64,000 nucleotides of DNA, from NCBI RefSeq assembly GCF_009914755.1, contig NC_060926.1; one strand, given 5' to 3'. Under the pieces are notes generated by a model. It did no database searches and was not told the origin of the DNA. It saw only the letters and a list, made by a program, of their open reading frames with translations. This DNA comes from the human T2T-CHM13v2.0 reference genome, Homo sapiens. Both the position numbers and the translations under genes were made by a program. Of this stretch, positions 21,855 through 37,250 are shown in pieces. Each line of letters begins with the position of its first letter. Within the stretch, counting starts at the first letter, position 1.

Positions 21855-22747
21855 AGGGCGGCCGCGGGGGACAAAGGGCGGGCGGATCCGCGGGGAGGGG
21901 GCGGGGCGCGGCCAGGCCAGGCCCGGGGTCTCCGCATGCTGCAGCTGCTCCCGGGTGCCCCCGCCGCCGCCCTCGCCGCGGAGCCGCGCGGAGCGGAGCC
22001 GGCGAGCTAACCCGAGCCAGCCGGCGGGCGTCCCGGAGGCGGCGGCGCAGGGAGGAGCCCGACGCGCTCACGTGGCCCCGACGGCCGCCATGGCGGACAG
22101 CTGCACCGCGAGGGGCGTGGCGTTGGCTGCCCCGGACCCCGGGCAGGGCAGTGGCGGCCCAGGACAACGCGTCTACTTTCAGAGCCCCCCTGGGCCGCAG
22201 GAGAGGGCCCGGGCGGCGCGGACGATGAGGGCCCAGTGAGGCGCCAAGTGAAGGTCACCGTCAAGTATGACCGCAAGGAGCTACGGAAGCGCCTTAACCT
22301 AGAGGAGTGGATCCTGGAGCAGCTCACGCGCCTCTACGACTGCCAGGAAGAGGAGATCCCAGAACTGGAAATTGACGTGGATGAGCTCCTGGACATGGAG
22401 AGTGACGATGCCCGTACTGCCAGGGTCAAGGAGCTGCTGGTTGACTTGTTACAAACCCACAGAGACCTTCATCTCTGGCCTGCTGGACAAGATCCGGGGC
22501 ATGCAGAAGCTGAGCACACCCCAGAAGAAGTGAGGGTCCCCGACCCAGGCGAACGGTGGCTCCCACAGGACAATTGCTGCCCCTCGACCTCGTAGCAACA
22601 GCAATACCGGGGGGCCCTGCGGCCAGGCCTGGTGCCATGAGCCGGTCTCCTCTTGCCCCTGGCCCAGGGGTCTCTTCCCCTGCCCCCTCAGTCTTCCACT
22701 TTTGGGGTTTTTTATTGTGATTAAACTGATGGGACTTTAAAAAAAAA
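21855..22747 (+). pseudogene. PPP1R14BP2: Processed pseudogene of PPP1R14B (PHI-1, PP1 inhibitor); symbol assigned from recalled locus
   Basis: Intronless copy: ATG 22090 (MADS..RVYFQSPP), middle RRQVKVTVKYDRKELRKRLNLEEWILEQLTRLYDCQEEEIPELEIDVDELLDMESDD, end CYKPTETFISGLLDKIRGMQKLSTPQKK with TGA 22531-22533. 1-nt deletion near 22192 and 1-nt insertion near 22446. ATTAAA 22720-22725, A-tail 22739-22747, imperfect TSD AACATTCTTT 21845-21854 / AAAATTCTTT 22744-22753. Confidence 0.93.
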
Positions 22748-23249
22748 TTCTTTCTATATATAATACATTCTCCTGAAAAAACATAGTCTTCCCCAAGTAG
22801 ATACAATTTTTATATTTTTATATTTTTAAATCTTTTTTTCTTTATTTTAAAACACAGTTGAGATATTCTGTACATACAATGTAACAGTATCTTGCTTTTT
22901 AGGGTTTTTTTGTTAAGGTTTATTATACGTTCTTAAACACCGTATCTTTCATCAAGTGAAGATATTTAGCCATACGAATGGTTACGTATTTTTAGTGTTT
23001 TTAGTTTTCTGATATTATAAATAATGTTGCAATGGACATATATGAACATAAATCTTAGTCCTTTGACTGTACTTTTCCGTATTTTAAAATATGTATTTAT
23101 TTATTTATTTATTTTGAGATAGGATCTCATTCTGTCGCTCCAGCTGGAGTACAATGGTGCAACTCACTGCAGCCTTAACATCCCTGGGCTAAAGCAATTC
23201 TCCCATCTCAGCCTCCCAAAGTCTCAAAGTGCTGGGACTACAGCTGTGA

Positions 23250-23628
<379 letters not shown>

Positions 23629-25299
23629 TAAGTGCCAAACCTCAAAATTTTCCCCTTTTCTCACAACAGCAGTTGTCCTGGCCTCACCCAATCCTTTTGA
23701 TTTCTTTTTTTAAAAAGCCAAAAATCAAACAAGAGTGTTGGGATTTAAAATCAGTTTTAATATATCTGCTAAGTATTAAAGGTGCTACTAGTAGGTACAG
23801 TACTACTAGGTACTAAGTCAATAATTCCACTCATAGTTTTTTTTTTGTTTTTTTTTTTTTGCCAAGTTCTGTTGCTCTCCTCTTTAATGTATCCCAGACC
23901 ATTCCTACCAACATTATATGCCAATCTTTCTTGATGCAAGTTTCCTTTTACAGTCATGATCTTTCTTTTTAGAGATGGGGTCTTTCTATGTTGCCCTGGT
24001 CTCAAACTCTTGGCTTCAAAATAGGAAGATCTGTTTCTCTCGTGTTCGCTTTGAATGGCTGCTGGACCACTGTTTCCGTGCACAGGCAAAGGGGCAGAGC
24101 TGAGGAACAGTCATCCCTCCTCGCTGTCCATTATCTGTTGCCAACATGGTTATTCTCATCTTTGTGCCAAAGTCTCACTGCTCACAGCATTTTCCCTCTC
24201 GTGTACCTGCTGCCTCCTGATTCTCACACATATGAGTGTGACCCTGGGCAGGTCCTTCTGTTAAGAGCTGAAGCAATATGAAGAGAGTTTGTGGCCTTTT
24301 AACTACTTATTTAGATCTTTTGACTTATCTGCATAACTTTTGTAAAGTTGCAAAACTTAAGTAGAGTTTTGGCCCACATTAAATAACCACCTTAGAAACT
24401 CTAATCAAGGTAAGTAGACCAATTTCCTAAGTGCTCTCTAATTATGTTTTTAAATTTATTGTCAAACCAACTATGACCATAAGTTGAAGTGCTGTGGTTA
24501 GAGGGCACATTTCTGGTCAAATGAATCACAAACTCATGTCAGCTCGTCAATGAATAATATGCTATTTTCAGTTTTTATAGTACTAGGAAGCAATAAATGA
24601 CAAGGACTCACATGCAATAAAGCTGTTATCAGTCTGTGAGAAAAATCTCATATATTAGTAGTTATGTTATAGCTATACCAACCTAATAAATTCAGATGTC
24701 TTTTGCATATTAGATTACTTTCCCACCACAAGTGAGCTACAAATAATGTTTGTCTTTCTGAAGACAAACATTTGTCACAGTCATTCCTACCATTCTTGCA
24801 TGAATCACACTGGTTCATCTGCTGTGACTTAGAAGGTTACGGCCAATGTTCAACACAAGCCAAAGTGATAAATGTGCACTTAGCTCATGTGAAAGCCCAT
24901 GTAGACCCATTTCTGGAACAACGGGAGGAAGATTTATGGCAGTAAGGCAGTGGCATGTGTGAGAATTTCCTCAGTGGTGGAGCAGAGACATGGATGGAAT
25001 TGGGGTGAGAGGTTAGACCCATCAAGTTTAGAGAGAACTGCTGAGTCAAACTCATGGCAGCAAGCCAGGTGCAGTAGCTCGCACCTGTAATCCCAGCTTC
25101 TTGGGAAGCTGAGGCAGGAGGATTTCTTGAAGCCAGGAGTTTGTGATCAGCCTGGGTAACACAGCAAAACCCCATCTCTAAAAAAAAGTTAAGAAAAAAA
25201 AGAGGCCAGGCGCGGTGGTTCACGCTTGTAATCCCAGCACTTTGGGAGGACGAGGCGGGCGGACTACCTGAGGTCAGGAGATCGAGACCATTCTGGCTA

Positions 25300-25542
<243 letters not shown>

Positions 25543-25805
25543 CTAACCTAGATCCCCAGATTCACCCAGTGGACATACTGTAGGTTCTATGGCACATGAG
25601 GGCCCCAGGCCCTGGTTTCGGCACTGGGCAGCTCTGCTGTTAAATGAGTGGAGTCATAATTTTATCTCCTTTCCTCAGAGGACTCTCGAAGTCAGTGAGG
25701 TGACAGGTGACAACAAGAGTTTATAAAAATCTTGATGTCCTATACAGCAAGGAACACATTTTATGTTTTTTTCAAAAAGATAGTTATCGTTAGTAAGAAT
25801 GGTAA

Positions 25806-26153
<348 letters not shown>

Positions 26154-27310
26154 TGAAGAAAATGCATTTTCGTGAAGTAGATAAAAATCAGACCCTACCA
26201 AACAATTGCCCGAGTTATTCTTATTTGTATCCAGCCCCCTCTTAAATTTTTTCACCACCAGTAAGGACAAAGCGGCTACAAATACCAGAGATCTCAGTAG
26301 CAAGAGTGGCCCCTGGCATGGAGTAGAGGCACAAGGTTAGGGATGTCCCATTGAGGTAGGTTTGATTTTTTTATAGGCTTGGGACAGGACTTGTGGTGAG
26401 GGAAGAAGTTCAGTTCAGGCCGGGCGCGGTGGCTCACGCCTGTAATCCCAGCACTTTGGGAGGCCGAGGCGGGCAAATCACGAGGTCAGGAGATCAAGAC
26501 CATCCTGGCTAATGCGGTGAAACCCCATCTCTACTAAAAATATAAAAAATTAGCCGGGCGTGGTGGCGGGCGCCTGTAGTCCCAGCTACTCGGGAGGCTG
26601 CCACTGCGCCACTGCACTCCAGCCTGGGTGACAGAGCGAGACTCCATCTCAAAAAAAAAGTTCAGTTCAGTTTCCTATTATGGTAACTGGCCAATTATAG
26701 CACACACTTTACAAATTATATTTCATTTTGGTGAAAATGCACTTTGGAATTAATCATAAGAAGAATCTTGAGAAAGATGCAGAAGTAAATCTACTTTTCT
26801 GCTTATGATTATGAAGCATAATATTTACTTTTTTTTTTTTTTTTTTTGAGACAGAGTCTCTCTCTGTTGGCTAGGCTGGAGTGCAGTGGCACGATCTTGG
26901 CTCACTGCAACCTCTGCCCCCGGGCTCAAGCAATTTTCCTGCCTCAGCCTCCCGAGTAGCTGGGATTACAGGCGTGTGCCATCACGCCCAGCTAATTTTT
27001 ATATTTTTAGTAGAGACGGCGTTTCACCATGTTGACCAGGCTGGTCTCGAACTCCTGACCTCAGGTAATTCGCCCGCCTTGGCCTCCCAAAGTGCTGGGA
27101 TTACAGGTGTGAGCCACCGTGCCGGGCCCAATGTTTACTTTTTAAGAATTAATTTGATAGAGGTTTGAGGTTGATAGTGTCTTCAGATGGCACTAACAGA
27201 GTCATGAATACAGTCTAGAGTAACCTCTTAGCTTTCTTGTCTGCCTCAACATGAAAGATAACATTTGGCTGGGCACGGTGCAGCCTCGGTGACAGAGTGA
27301 GACCTTGTCT

Positions 27311-27591
27311 GAAGTAAAGAGAAAAAGAAAGGGAAGGGGAGGGGAGGGGAGGGGAGGGAAGGGGAAGGGTGGGAAGGGGAAGGAAAAGAAAGAGAAAGAA
27401 GGGAGGGAAGGAGGGAGAGAGGGAGGGAGGGAGGTTGGAAGGGAGAAAGGAAGGAAGGAAGGGAAAGAAGGAAGGAAGGAAAGAAAGGAAGGAAGGAAGG
27501 AAGAAAGAAAAAGGAAGAAAGGAAGAAAGAAAGACAAAGAAAGAAAGAAAAAGAAAGACGGAAGGAAAGAAAGAGAGAAGGAAAGAGAAAG
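27311..27591 (+). repeat. ~280-bp almost pure purine compound microsatellite (GGGGA/GGGA/GGAA/GAAA)
   Basis: Read directly; only isolated pyrimidines; lies between a collapsed Alu and an AluJ-like copy. Confidence 0.95.
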
Positions 27592-28460
27592 GGCTGGGCG
27601 TGGTGGCTCACATCTGTAACCCCAGCACTTTGGGAGGCAGAGGTGGGAGGATTGCTTGAGTTTAGGAGTTTGAGATCAGCCTGGGCAACACACAAGACTC
27701 TGTCTCTATAAAAACTTTTAAAAACAAGCTGGGTGTGGTGGTGTGGGCCTATAGTCACAGCTACTCAGAAAGGCTGAGGCAGGAGAATCCCTTGAGCTCA
27801 GGAATTCAAGGCAGCAGTGAGCTATGATCAGGCCATTGCATCCCAGCCTGAGCGACAGAGTGACACCCTATCTCAAAAAAAAAAGAAAGAAAGAAAGAAA
27901 ATAATTCAAGGAAACAAGGATCACATTATCATACAGGAAGAGCCTTAAATTTATTTGAAAAGGTGAAAAATTGGAGAATTTAGATGTTCTAACTATTGTT
28001 AATCTCTTGTGGCTCTTCAGATGGATAGCAAGACGCAGGTTGCTATCACACACAGGTGTGTTGCCATAGCCTGAGATGCTCTGATCTAGAAAACTTCTAG
28101 AGGACTTGAAATACAGCTGAGGTAACTCTTTCCTCTCCAAAGTTACAAGAGTTCCACAGAACTCCTCCTACCCCAAACAATAAGATTCCTGTATCAAATG
28201 CAATAACAGTTTAAAATATAGGCTGGTCGGGCTGGTTGCGGTGGCTCATGCCTGTAATCCCAGCCCTTTGGGAGGCTGAGGTGGGCAGACCACCTGAGGT
28301 CAGGAGTTCGAGACCAGCCTGGTCAACATGGTGAAACCTCAGTTTCTACTAAAATTACGGCGGTGGGCACCTGTAATCCCAGCTACTCGGGAGGCTGAGG
28401 CAGGAGAATCTCGCCATAGAGCGACACTCTATCTCAAAATAAATAAATAAATAAAATATA

Positions 28461-28557
28461 GGCTAGTCTGTGTGCAGTTGTGTTTACAACTATGATCACC
28501 ACGAGTTACAGATTTCTTTGTTCCCTCTCCATTCCCACTGCTTCACTTGACTAGCCT
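28461..28557 (+). pseudogene. Y3 RNA (RNY3-derived) pseudogene
   Basis: GGCTAGTCTGTGTGCAGTTGTGTTTACAACTATGATCACCACGAGTTACAGATTTCTTTGTTCCCTCTCCATTCCCACTGCTTCACTTGACTAGCCT aligns end to end with hY3, with scattered substitutions. Confidence 0.92.
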
Positions 28558-28625
28558 AATCCTTCCAAAGGAAATATCTAGGCACCAGAACAAAAGATAG
28601 AACTCAAAACTAGAGTGTGACATGA

Positions 28626-28923
<298 letters not shown>

Positions 28924-29531
28924 TGAATAGGATGATATCAGCGAAAGCCCTGACAGAAGTTAACACAAAATCTCTTTTTGGAGACACTTTTATAATTCAA
29001 GGCACATGGAATGTCTAACGAGCAGTTGCACTTTGCTAAAAATGTGCTCACAATGAAAAATTACAGAGCATGTTGAGGAAGCGATCTACAGGGGAGTCAG
29101 GAAGCAAAATGGGAGAATTAGCACCCCAAGAAACTGAGACAGTAAATGATAAAATAAGAAACAGCAAAAGAAAACAAAGAGGCAATCAATCAAACAACAC
29201 AAAAAGGAAAAGATGAAAAGTAACATGCTATTTAGTAAAAGAGATGTTAGAATATGACCTAAGTGTACATACTCCTACAAACTCACTGATTCACAATGGA
29301 TTCAAATTGAAACTAGAGAATTGAAAGTAAGCTTGAAAATGTTTGGTTATACTTTAGAATAAATTACCTGCAAGAATTATGAATTATGTGACTCTCATTG
29401 GATTTTATTACCTCATTGGATTTTATTATCTCATTGGATTATGTGACTCTGGTTGGATTATATCAAAAGCCATGTGACAGGTTTAGCTTAGATGATAAAT
29501 GCATACATTTTTCATTGATTTTGAGTTGCTA

Positions 29532-29702
<171 letters not shown>

Positions 29703-29989
29703 TTAGCCCGACTTGATGACAGGCGCCTGTACTCCCAGCTACTTGAGAGGCTGAGGCAGGAGAATCGCTTGAACCCAGGAGGTGGAGGTTGTGGTGAGCC
29801 AAGACCATGCCATTTTACTCCAGCCTGGGGACAAGAGCAAGACTTCGTCTCAAAAAAAAAAAGTGTTTTTAATTTTTAACGTCTTTAAATTACCAAACTA
29901 ACACAATTTTTTTATTTCAGATAAATTCTGAAATATAGAAGAGACCAAAAGAAACCCCCCCAAAAAACAAAAACAAAAAAACCCAATAG

Positions 29990-30220
<231 letters not shown>

Positions 30221-30391
30221 TAGCCAGGATGGTCTCAATCTCCTGACCTCATGATCCGCTCGCCTCGGCCTCCCAAAGTGCTGGATTACAGGCGTGAGGC
30301 ACTGCGCCCGGCCACACTATTGATATTCTAGCAGTCTCTTCTGGGTTTTTTTCCTGAACAATGTTTTCTTTTTTTTTTTTTCTTTTTTTGA

Positions 30392-30670
<279 letters not shown>

Positions 30671-31215
30671 TGAACAATGTTTTCTAACAAAGCTGAACTT
30701 ACACTGAAATATTGTTTAGTATACCCTTTGTTTTATAAATTTAACCTACATCATACACATTTTCCCACGTCCTTAGAACTTGCTATAAGTATAGTTTAAA
30801 TGGACGTATAGTATTTCTTCATGGATACACCATTTATTTAATAATTCTCATTATTGCATATTTAAATTGCTTCCTTTCTTTCATTGTTATAACTCTTCAA
30901 TAAATATTTGTGCATTAGTCTTTGTTTACGGGTTTAACTATGTCCTTAGGCTACATCTATAATTTTTAAAATCAAGGGACAAGTCTTGATCTTTACAATT
31001 CATGTATTCAAATGTATTTTATTTCAATTCAACAAAATTCACTGAGCATTCACTAATTGCCACATAACTTTTCCCTAGACACTTATTGTCTTTGTTTTGT
31101 TTTTCTGATTGTCAAGGTCATCACATACATAATTTGGAATTTATATGTGTGTTTTTCGAAAATGAAAAGCCAGGAAAGGGGAAGCATCAGTGAATTCACC
31201 TCTTTTCTGTGTTCA

Positions 31216-31979
<764 letters not shown>

Positions 31980-32535
31980 TTATTTCACTTGATCTTTAGA
32001 ATATGTCTGCACCAAATCAGTAAGGTGAGTCAAATTACCCCTTCCTAGACTTTCTTCCTGTTATAATTCTGTATTTGGTGGCTATTTTTGTAATGACATT
32101 AAAAAACTATATTGGTTTACCAAAATGTCTAATCAACCACAGCATACACGTTTCAGAGCTATGTTTACAAACTCCAGCTCTTCATTACTTACTTCAACTA
32201 AAAGAAACACTAACCCTCTGATCAACTAAACCAAATTTACTCACAGCAACAATTTCCTGGAGAACTTATATTTAAAAAACAATTAAGTTGAACTTATTTC
32301 AAACAGGCCAGTTGATTTCCATTCTGTCTTAGACACAGAGGTAGATAGACTATTTTACGTCTGTTTAGATTCTGCCATAGCAGAGAAAATTATTTAAAAG
32401 TCATAGTGCTGGCTGGGCGTGGTGGCTCATGCTTGTAATCCCAGCACTTTGGGAGGCCAAGGCTGAGGCGGGCGGATCACGAGGTCAGGAGTTCGAGACC
32501 AGCCCAGCCAACATGGTGAAACCCCATCTCTACTA

Positions 32536-32694
<159 letters not shown>

Positions 32695-33576
32695 TCAAAA
32701 CCAAAAATAATAAGTAAATAAATACATGTCGTAGTGCTAAAACTAGAAATAAGGCAAAAGGTTACAGATAGAGCAGGAGTGATAAATCAAAGGACAATAG
32801 TTCCTGTTATTAAGTTCTCTGCTCCAGTGCTCAGTTCTCCTAGCATACAGCTCTGACCTCAGGGCCACTGCTTATCGTTGTTTGTGCCCTGAATAATCCC
32901 AGGGGGCGCCATTCACAGCAAGCCCTGGCAGAGGACTCAAGCATCGCAATTGAATAATGCAACAGACTAAGATGACTTCAGAAAGAAGAAATGACAATAG
33001 TTTATTGTATGGAGGGATATATTTCTGAAGAAACAAAGAAAAGTGACAATTGTGTATACAGTTCAGAAAAATGAAACACCTTTTTTGCAGGGGAAATGTC
33101 TTTTGCCTTGTGCACCAGGCTAGGCTGGAACCATCTCCAGATTTTTGAAAGTACACTGCAAAAAGCTGAGGCTGTGTCCTTCAAAAAGTAATGTGGGGAA
33201 ATAGAAATCTAAGAAATTTAAGAAAATAGAAATTACTTCAACTTAGTGCCTAAATAATGCCTTAAACAATGTTCAATGGTGAGGAAGAGGAAACGCAAAA
33301 TGAATAACAGGAAAAACTACAAGCTGGTCTTCACTTTGCAAGAATAGTTTCTCTTGTGCTTCCACTGCTCGCCTGCCACTTGAGCCTTTTCACACCACTG
33401 GCCTAAATAAATAACTAAAACGATGTTTTTACATTTTTTTTAGAGACAAGGTCTTGTTATGTTGCCTAGGCTGGATTCTAACTCCTGGGCTCAAGGGATC
33501 CTTCTGCCTCAGCCTCCTAAGTAGCTGGCCCTGTAAGTATGGCCCACTGCTCCCAGGTAATAATTTTAAAATATGA

Positions 33577-33903
<327 letters not shown>

Positions 33904-34234
33904 TAGCCAGGATTGTCTCCATCTCCTGACCTTGTGATCCGCCCGCCTCGGCCTCCCAAAGTGCTGAGATTACAGGCATGAGCCACCGCGCCCAGCCTCC
34001 CCTGCCCATTTTTAATCTTTTTCTAGGGCCAGAACCCTGGAAGATGCAAGGAGACAAAGGAAGGGTGTCATCTAGCTCTGCACTCCCGTGTGTGTGTCTA
34101 ACATGTGGCACACTGTGTTTGCGGGGCATTTCTTCTATTTCATGACCTGATTAATCAAATTTTCACTATGCATATACTTTTCCTTTGGAGTCACTATGCA
34201 TCTTTAGAAGCCATACCAACTTTTCCTGTGCAGT

Positions 34235-35010
34235 AAGGTGGAAACAGTAAGAGCCTGGGAATCAGGCAAAACCAGATTTTGAATCCTAGCTCTAAACTCT
34301 GAGCAAGTGACCTGTACCTTACTTTCTTCATCTGAGTAATGGGAAAAACAATGAGCTCCTCATGGAGAAATAATTTAATAGCTGAAGATCGTTTGAGACA
34401 GTTCCTGGCATGCAAAAGTCTTAAAGATAATGTAACTAGTGTTGACTAGCCATTTAGAGAGGAAAAGATTGGGCTTAGAGCCAGATTGCTAGAGCCTGAG
34501 CATGTTGGCTTGTCACTTACAGCTATGAGACCTTGGGCGGGTCACTTCAGCTCTGTTTCCTTATTCCCTAAGATGGGAATAATGAGAGCGCTGCTTTGTG
34601 GGTAGTCGTGAGGAATGAATGAGTTAATCCACATACAGGACCTAGAACAGCACCTGTCACATAGTAAATTCTCAATAAAAATCTTAGCCATTATGATCCC
34701 TAGGCTCTGAAGTAAAAAATTATTTCCCCTATCTCATAAGGTTGTTGGGAGGTTTATATGAGACAACCTATAAAAGTACTTACGGCCAGGTGGGGTGGCT
34801 CATGCCTGTAATTCCAACACCCTGGGAGACAGAGGTGGGCAGATTGCTTGAACCCAGGAGTTTGAGACCAGCCTGGCCAACAAAGTGAGACCCTATCTCC
34901 ACAAAAAAAAAAAAAAAAAAAAAAATTAAAAATTAAAAAAGTGCTTAGCAGAGCTCTCAGCTCATCTTAAGTCCTCAAAATTAGGTATTAACTTGATGAT
35001 TATTATTACT
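34235..35010 (+). mobile_element. Cluster of three MIR copies (third interrupted by an Alu fragment at ~34784-34940)
   Basis: Repeated MIR core: TTTGAATCCTAGCTCT..CTTCATCTG..AATGGG; ACCTTGGGCGGGTCACTT..GAGGAATGAATGAGTTAAT..AGAACAGCACCTGTCACATAGTAAATTCTCAATAAA; CTCATAAGGTTGTTGGGAGG. Confidence 0.7.
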
Positions 35011-36571
35011 ATGATTATTAGTTCACTATATTGAAAAGTTCTGTAGTAAAAGACAGCTTTCTATGTTTCTAACAATAATTATTTAGTATTAGTAATTAAT
35101 TAAATACTATCACTAGTTAGCAAAATCAGCATTTTCACATATGGCTGCTAAAAAAGTGAATTGAAAAGGGCTACACTAATATAATTAAAGCATAAAACTT
35201 ATTAGCCTTTTTGGAAATTTCCTACTTTACTACTTTCTAACTCTTTATAATACAAATTTTCTGAGTTTTCTACAGTTTGTCATATGAGTTCGGTAAAGAT
35301 ATATTTATTTCCTTCAAAGTAATTTGAGTCAGTCCCTTGGTATTCAGCTAAGTTGAACTCCGGTATTTTGGAACAGTATCTGTTGACACAAATATATTTG
35401 GCATCACTGGGGAATTTAAAACTACATACAGACAGTGTCATGATCCCTCAAACTCAAGGCGACAGTACTATTACAGAGGACAAGAGTTGTTAAAAAGCTT
35501 TATGTTGTCATTTCTATACTGAACATATGGCATTCTAGTTTCTGGTAGGAAGTGGCAGTTACAAAGACTAAACTATAGTTTTGCAAACATTCTAAACAAG
35601 GTATTTAGGATTGCTCAAGAAAATAAGCATGAGGATCTGGTAAGATACACATCGAGACACGTGCAACCTCTCATTCACCTTCTATCTGATCCTGAGGTGA
35701 CTGCATGGGGTAAAAATCAGTTCCCTCGCTCACTTTAGCCCAGACACATATCTGATTCTCACCAACCTTGAAGATATGGGCTCGTGCTCGAGATTTTGTT
35801 TGGGTTCTGCCTAGGTATTTCTAGTCTCAGAAATTCCCTGATGGCTAAATTAAATGAAAAATCTAAGAATTCAGAAACTGACAGGCCCGGGAAGAATATT
35901 TGTGACTCTGAATCTTTTGCAACAACATTTTGTTTTTCTAAGTAAAGAAGTAATCTGAGGCGGCCCTTAGTGCTGAATGACCAGACTTTGTCACCTTGCC
36001 TCGGTTTCAGGTTTTCATAGGGCCTTCCAGAGGTCAAGAGAGGCACTGTCCACTTCCATATTAAACAAAAACCAAAAAGAAGAAGAAAAAGATATGCCAA
36101 AATAGGGTTACAAGATTTGTCGTGTATTTTAAACATCAGTATTTAACAAGTAAGCAATTCCAACATCCACATGCACACACACATTCAGTTCAGTGTAATT
36201 ATTATATTCCCAAAGTGACTGGGGGGTTATTAGGGGGTTTATTTAAAATATTGGTTCATAGTTCATGAGAGGTGAGACAGTAATGAGACAGAGAGCTGAA
36301 GTTGGTCGATGCCATCTTCTTTCTTCAAACCTGCCAGTGCTTCTATTTAACTGTGGGTGTGACCTGGTGGCACTGAGGCCCTTGGTGATAGTGAGGCCCA
36401 GAGCTAGTGGCCTCCTGATGTCCCCTTTTCAGTCTCAAGATGTTTGCTCCTGGAAATGTCCAGCTTATATAGATAGGCACCACTGCCTATCATTTCTTTT
36501 TTTAGATAGAGTCTTGCTCTATCGCCCAGGCTGGAGTGCAGTGGCACGATAATTGCTTACTGCAGCCTTGA

Positions 36572-36928
<357 letters not shown>

Positions 36929-37250
36929 TGAGTGCTAGGATTACAGGTGTGAGTCACCGCATCCAGCCCCTACCTGTCTTTTTAGTGTCACCTTTCTTCT
37001 GTGGTCAAGTGAGCAGATGGGCCCAAGAACCTGGGCTCTTACTAATGGCATTTTTTGTTTTTTATTGTTATTTTTTCCAATTCACGTGCCCTGAGTTTGA
37101 TCCCTTGTTTTTGTTGAATAACTGTCAAAAGCAGCCTGGAGTGGAAGGACAAGTGTATGTAGATGGAGTTGATTGGCCTTGGGGTGGGCAGTTTGGGGGA
37201 GGATGTGGAGAGACTTTGAGCAGAAGGAAGCAAAAAAAGTACATACACCC

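Noticed and set aside
27202-27758. Lys/Glu/Arg-rich and Phe/Leu/Ser/Pro-rich ORFs
   Set aside because: Translations of the polypurine microsatellite.
35759-36136. 125-aa minus-strand ORF with a hydrophobic N-terminal stretch in non-Alu DNA
   Set aside because: No recognisable homology, promoter or splice support; length is compatible with chance. Would need Ribo-seq/PhyloCSF evidence.
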